Positions 61,595 to 64,000 of a stretch of 64,000 bases of DNA are shown here, piece by piece. The DNA lies in the NCBI GenBank assembly GCA_907165135.1, contig OU015569.1:3162001-3226000 (forward strand), in the 5' to 3' direction. Within the stretch, counting starts at the first letter, position 1. Each line of letters starts with the position of its first letter. The notes under the pieces were generated by a model. The model was not told the origin of the DNA. It was given only the letters and a program-made list of their open reading frames with translations, and ran no database searches. The DNA comes from Oikopleura dioica (Eukaryota > Animalia > Chordata). The translations under genes and the position numbers were made by a program.

Positions 61595-62723
61595 ATGGAA
61601 GTCGCCAACATCGCCACCCCAAGTCCTTCGGAATCCACGGAGCCGGAGCAAGAGCCGACTGTCATCATCTTCGGCTACGAGCTCAATCCCCTGTCTCCCG
61701 AACTCAAGGAGCGATATCATGTCGCAGGAAGAGTCCCAAGAAGGAAGTCAATGAACTTGGAGGACGCGAGAGCTTACGAGGTTCTCCCAGTCGACCTGAA
61801 GATCAAACAGCTCATTCAATATCTGCTGGTAGAGGATTTACGATCGGGCAATCAGCCGATTGAGTGGTCATTCACCGACCCTTCGGACAAGTTCTGCTGG
61901 GTGACGTCGATCCAAAGTCATGAAGTGTTTCCATACTTTCTCTACAAAGCCGTAAGTCATGTGACATACACATGTATATTTTCAACACAATTTTCCACCG
62001 TCTGATCTTACTTTTATAGGCATGGGATGAAGACTTCGAGGCGATCCAATGGGGCGAACACAACCAAGGGGAAACGATCTTGGTTAACTTCGAGCTCCTC
62101 TTTATGGTACGTCTGAATTTCGCTGCTTTAAATTAACGGAACAACTTTTAGTTTGCCCAAGGCCACGGAGAATTCGCCTGTTACCGGCCAACGAACTACG
62201 AAGACAACTTTGTAGCCGGACAGGCGAACCGACTCGAGCACAATCTCGTGCACATTTACGGTTTCAATGGTATCGGCTGTGAAAATTTGGAAGAAGATCG
62301 CATGCTCAACGAGCAATCCCACGTCCGTATGTTCCAAGCAACCAATGAAACATTTCTTCATCAATTTTTAGTCGACGGTTTCTTCGACAAACTGGACGGA
62401 ATCTGCCACAAGTACGGGCTCAACTCCGCGGGGCAATGGCACGAGTTCCACCACTCCGACTTTTTTCAAAGCGGTGAGAACAAAAAACTACTCTTCTCCT
62501 TGATTTCATAACTATTTCTAGACAATCCCAAGATCGAGGACCGCCACAGGCCGAAGAGAAAGAACTCCAAGTTTTTCAAAATCTGCCAGACGCTGAAAAT
62601 CGACTATCGCGTCCGAAAAAATGGCTTCGAGAAGAACGCTGTAAGTCTCAAAACTATCGGTATTTTTCATGAATCCGGTTACTTCAGCAAGACGGAGTCC
62701 CAAAGCCGAACCGAAAAAAGTAG
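61595..62723 (+). CDS. Uncharacterised protein (about 300 aa)
   Basis: Four GT-AG introns join the ORFs in frame from MEVANIATPS to KPNRKK*; no family recognised. Confidence 0.7.
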
Positions 62724-63008
62724 AAGGACTCGCTTCAATTAAATTAAATTGCCTCACTTATCATATGCACTGTCAGCTTCAATTATCTGCCAATCTGCTA
62801 TTTCCAGTTACTTTGATTGAAATAAACCCTAATCTTGGTCAAAAAGGCTTATACCGAATTCGACAAATGCCCGTTTGAGAACGAGGGATTTGAACATAAT
62901 GAATGGAAATTTATTGGAGTGTCTGTTGATTTACTGTAGAATAAGCAAAATGAAAACTAAGGCAGATGATATAAAAATATAGTATCTTTCAAGAAAACGC
63001 AGGTTATA

Positions 63009-63842
63009 ACATACCCCACCCCCAAGTTTTCGCGCATTCCTCGGTGCATTTTCCGTAATTTACTCTTCCTGATTTGTCCAAAACCCCCCAAATTTACGCC
63101 GCTTAACTTTTCCGCGCGCCTCAAAATTTCTTCTCCTAACTTTTCTGCGTGCGCCCAAATTTACTCTCGCGGCGCTGATCGGCTTCGTCGGTTAACTTTC
63201 TGAGTGCACAAAAGTCTTGTTTAGCTCGCTCCGGGTAAAGAAAGGATGATCTTTAATAAAAAGCGAGATGCCCTTATAGGGCAGCCCTATCTTATGTAAT
63301 CTTTGATAAAATTATTGTTTATTATTACAGTGAAGATAGATGAAAAGTTTTCATTCAGAATTTTTCATTTCAAAAGTCGTTACGACTTCTGCGGAGCAAA
63401 ATCCTGACCTCAATATTTTAAGTTACTCGAATGGTATGATTTTTATGTGTCCAAGCCACGAAAAATTTCCAATTCTGGCGCCTCAAGTACCTGAAAACCA
63501 ACTGTATTCGACTGCTTTTCACATGCTTTTAGTATTTGCATGTTACTTAAAATTATCTATTCTAAGTCGAGTTAAAATTTCTGTAAAAACAACTTTGAGA
63601 ACATGCACTAATAAATAAGTATTACTAAATTTTCTTTCGCGCCCGTTAATGAATCATTAGCATTGACGCGCATTTCAGCGGGTCGCGAGTAAATTTGGGC
63701 GCACTCGGAAAAGTTAGGAGAAGAAATTTGGAAACGCGGGGAAATGCGAGGAAGCGTAAATTTCGGGGTTTCGGAAAAGTTAGGAAACGTAAACTTGGGC
63801 GAAATACCACGATTTGCGCGGAAATTTAGGGGAGGGGTATGT
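63009..63842. mobile_element. Non-autonomous DNA transposon with long degenerate TIRs
   Basis: ACATACCCC...GGGGTATGT termini flanked by TA; arms of about 170 bp (e.g. AAATTTCTTCTCCTAACTTTTC..GTGCGCCCAAATTTACTC vs GAGTAAATTTGGGCGCAC..GAAAAGTTAGGAGAAGAAATTT); no transposase ORF. Confidence 0.8.
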
Positions 63843-63855
63843 TATGTAGAATTAC

Positions 63856-64000
63856 TCAGGTTGAAGAAAATATGGTATCGCCAGTAGCAGCGTTTACGTC
63901 GTCGAGAGTAGAGTCGCTCTTGTCAAGGGCAAAAACACGGCCACAATCGTCCAGCAGGTTCAGCTGGCCATCTTTTACTTTTTCTTTAAAGAGCTTTTTG
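63856..64000 (-). CDS. Probable 3' end of a gene entering from beyond the window
   Basis: Open frame KVKDGQLNLLDDCGRVFALDKSDSTLDDVNAATGDTIFSST*. Confidence 0.3.
   Translation of the reverse strand, partial: KKLFKEKVKDGQLNLLDDCGRVFALDKSDSTLDDVNAATGDTIFSST

Noticed and set aside
204-63618. Many antisense or alternative-frame ORFs in the six-frame track
   Set aside because: They shadow real exons or repeats and show no independent motifs.

Overview
Gene-dense eukaryotic DNA with very short introns (mostly about 40-55 nt), frequent GA-AG/GC-AG/GG-AG introns and operon-like runs of co-oriented genes. This signature best fits the larvacean tunicate Oikopleura (dioica-like); the organism call is an inference. 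Genes rebuilt by hand, in order: a triple-homeodomain gene interrupted by a MITE, UTP18, HACD, UNC13, RALGAPA, RBBP5 (with a nested same-strand gene), FBXO7, MSH2, an orphan, a CRTAP/P3H-like gene, INTS11, IPO7, LSM12, a coiled-coil gene, a SEPT7-like septin, a tetraspanin fused to 9 PDZ domains, an ENPP with an extra N-terminal nuclease-like domain, a C2H2 zinc-finger gene, XPO1 and further orphans. Several MITE/foldback elements and a Penelope-type minimal hammerhead ribozyme are also present. Most notable signal: most introns longer than the modal size, especially those with non-GT donors, carry unrelated but mutually complementary arms at a recurring position (starting about +3 to +8 from the donor, ending about -5 to -11 from the acceptor). 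This suggests an RNA-stem-based intron-definition system. The same geometry explains junctions that canonical GT-AG rules cannot (UNC13 near 8.6-8.7 kb, RBBP5 near 19.0 kb, orphan near 26.0 kb). All splice models and pairings were read by eye and need RNA-seq and shuffled-sequence controls.
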